Positions 61,356 through 64,000 of a stretch of DNA of 64,000 nt are shown one piece after another. The notes under the pieces are model-generated. The model ran no database searches. It was not told the origin of the DNA and worked only from the letters and a program-made list of their open reading frames with translations. The stretch covers positions 91,733,450-91,797,449 of the forward strand of contig NC_092375.1 in assembly GCF_030028105.1 (NCBI RefSeq), read 5' to 3'. Source of the DNA: Mobula birostris (lineage: Eukaryota). Every line of letters starts with the position of its first letter. The first letter of the stretch is position 1. Made by a program: the position numbers and the translations under genes.

Positions 61356-64000
61356 ATAGAAACGTAGAAAATAGGTGCAGGAGTAGGCTATTTGGCCCTT
61401 CGAGCCTGCACTGCCATTCAGTATGATCATAGCTGATCATCCAACTCAGAACCCTGTACCAGCCTTCCCCCCATACCCCCTGATCCATTTAGCCACAAGG
61501 GCCATATCTAACTCCCTCTTAAATATAGCCAATGAACTGGCCTCAACTGTTTCCTGTGGCAGAGAATTCCACAGATTCACCACTCTCTGTGTGAAGAAAT
61601 CCTAATCTCAGTCCTAAAAGGCTTCCCCTTTATCCTCAGACTGTGACCCCTCGTTCTGGACTTCCCCAACATCGGGAACAATCTTCCTGCATCTAGCCTG
61701 TCCAATCCCTTTAGGATTTTATATGTTTCAATCAGATCCCCCCCTCAATCTTCTAAATTCCAACGAGTATAAGCCTAGTCGATCCAGTCTTAAATCATAT
61801 GAAAGTCCTGCCATCCCAAGAATCAATCTGGTGAACCTCCCTTGTACTCCCTCTATGGCAAGGATGTCTTTCCTCAGATTAGGGGACCATAACTGCACAC
61901 AATACTCCAGGTGTGGTCTCACCAAGACCTTGTACAACGGCAGTAGTACCTTCCTGTTCCTGTACTCGAATCCTCTTGCTATGAATGCCAGCATACCATT
62001 TGCCTTTTTCACCGCCTGCTGTACCTGCATGCCCACTTTCAATGACTGGTGTATAATGGCACCCAGGTCTCATTGCACCTCCCCTTTTCCTAATCGGCCA
62101 CCATTCAGATAATAATCTGTTTTCCTGTTTTTGCCATCAAAGTGGATAACCTCACATTTATCCACATTAAATTGCAGCTACCATGAACTTGCCCACTCAC
62201 CTGACCTATCCAAGTCACCCTGCATCCTCTTAGCATCCTCCACACAGCTAACACTGCCGCCCAGCTTCGTGTCATCCGCAAACTTGGAGATGCTGCATTT
62301 AATTCCCTCATCCAAGTCATTAATATATGTTGTAAACAACTGGGGTCCCAGCACTGAGCCTTGCGGTACCCCACTAGTCACTGCCTGCCATTCTGAAAAG
62401 GTCCCGTTTATTCCCACTCTTTGCTTCCTGTCTGCCAACCAATTCTCTATCCACATCAATACCTTACCCCCAATACCGTGTGCTTTAAGTTTGCACACTA
62501 ATCTCCTGTGTGGGACCTTGTCAAAAGCCTTTTGAAAATCCAAATACACCACATCCACTGGTTCTCCCCCATCCACTCTACTAGTTACATCCTCAAAAAA
62601 TTCTATGAGATTCGTCAGACATGATTTTCCTTTCACAAATCCATGCTGACTTCGTCCGATGATTTCACCGCTTTCCAAATGTGCTGTTATCACATCTTTG
62701 ATAATTGACCCTAGCATTTTCCCCACCATCGATGTCAGGGTAACCGGTCTATAATTCCCCGGTTTCTCTCTCCCTCCTTTTTTAAAAAGTGGGGTTACAT
62801 TAGCCACCCTCCAATCCTCAGGAACTAGTCCAGAATCTAAAGAGTTTTGAAAAATTATCACTAATGCATCCACTATTTCTTGGGCTACTTCCTTAAGCAC
62901 TCTGGGATGCAGACCATCTGGCCCTGGGGATTTATCTGCCTTTAATCCCTTCAATTTACCTAACACCACTTTCCTACTAACATGTATTTCGCTCAGTTCC
63001 TCCATCTCACTGGACCCTCTGTCCCCTACTATTTCCGGAAGATTATTTATGTCCTGCTTAGTGAAGACAGAACCAAAGTAGTTATTCAATTGGTCTGCCA
63101 TGTCCTTGCTCCCCATAATCAATTCACCTGTTTCTGTCTGTAGGGGACCTACATTTGTCTTAACCAATCTTTTTCTTTTCACATATCTATAAAAGCTTTT
63201 ACAGTCAGTTTTTATGTTTCCTGCCAGTTTTCTCTCATATTCTTTTTTCCCCTTCCTAATTAAGCCCTTTGTCCTCCTCTGCTGGACTCTGAATTTCTCC
63301 CAGTCCTCAGGTGAGCCACTTTCTCTGGCTAATTTGTATGCTTCTTCTTTGGAATTGATACTATCCCTAATTTCCCTTGTCAGCCACGGGTGTACTACCT
63401 TCCTTGATTTATTCTTTTGCCAAACTGGGATGAACAATTGTCGTAGTTCATCCATGCGATCTTTAAATGCTTCCCATTGCATATCCACTGTCAAGCCTTT
63501 AAGTGTCATTTGCCAGTCTATCTTAGCTAATTCACGTCTCATACCTTCAAAGTTACCCTTCTTTAAGTTCAGATCCTTTGTTTCTGAATTAACTATGTCA
63601 CTCTCCATCTTAATAAAGAATTCCACCATATTATGGTCACTCTTACCCATGGGGCCTCTCACGACAAGATTGCTAGTTAACCCTTCCTCCTTGCTTAATA
63701 CCCAGTCTAGAATAGCCTGCTATCTAGTTGGTTCCTCGACATGTTGGTTCAAAAAACCATCCCGCATACATTCCAAGAAATCCTCTTCCTCAGCACGCTT
63801 ACCAATTTGGTTCACCAAATCTATATGTAGATTGAAGTCACCCATTATAACTGCTGTTTCTTTATTACACACACTTATAATTTCCTGTTTAATACCATCC
63901 CTAACCTCACTACTACTGTTAGGTGGCCTGTGCACAACTCCCACCAGCGTTTTCTGCCCCTTAGTGTTATGCAGCTCTATCCATATCGATTCCACATCCT
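61356..64000 (-). mobile_element. Young CR1 LINE (same subfamily as 55667-57745), extends beyond the window
   Basis: 494-aa ORF 62178-63662 with complete RT motifs plus endonuclease motifs (VIMGDFN, SDHN). Premature stops at 62178 and 63720. Confidence 0.97.

Noticed and set aside
62178-63662. 494-aa RT ORF as an active or domesticated gene
   Set aside because: It is ordinary CR1 ORF2 truncated by stops on both sides and nearly identical to a second broken copy.
1-64000. Prokaryotic systems (CRISPR arrays, retrons, DGRs, operons) suggested by the many RT ORFs
   Set aside because: There is no regularly spaced repeat array, all RTs belong to eukaryotic retrotransposon clades, and the host gene is spliced.

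Overview
This is eukaryotic, repeat-saturated intronic DNA from a cartilaginous fish, most likely a ray. That assignment is inferred from the mix of CR1, Rex1/Babar, Penelope, V-SINE and Tc1 elements. The only host coding sequence I can support is two internal exons of VWA8 (mitochondrial AAA+ ATPase) on the + strand: 16894-17004 (ELTKREAEYMALSRDTTETDLKQRREIRAGTAFYVDQ; absent from the ORF track) and 59957-60124 (CAVRAATEGRILVLEGLEKAERNVLP...YDKLLK). They are joined in frame across a 42,952-nt GT-AG intron. Most of the rest is decayed, heavily nested transposable elements: CR1, Rex1/Babar, RTE, L1, Penelope-like, Gypsy, Tc1, mariner, Tigger/pogo, a Harbinger MITE and SINEs. No element ORF is intact. 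The most notable structure is a series of Penelope-like fold-back insertions: 2.45 kb and 140 bp (both with 14-15 bp TSDs and the same terminal junction) plus a ~0.6 kb one from a second family. Penelope termini in the window carry degenerate minimal hammerhead-ribozyme motifs, and the 140-bp insertion is a near-perfect 55-bp hairpin. Other points are a candidate structured or ribozyme 5' end on a bipartite RTE derivative, an internally inverted Gypsy pol, and two near-identical young CR1 copies bracketing an in-frame exon. I cannot demonstrate a wholly new biological system from sequence alone. TE boundaries without TSDs or TIRs are approximate (tens of bp), and family names come from motif recognition rather than database searches.
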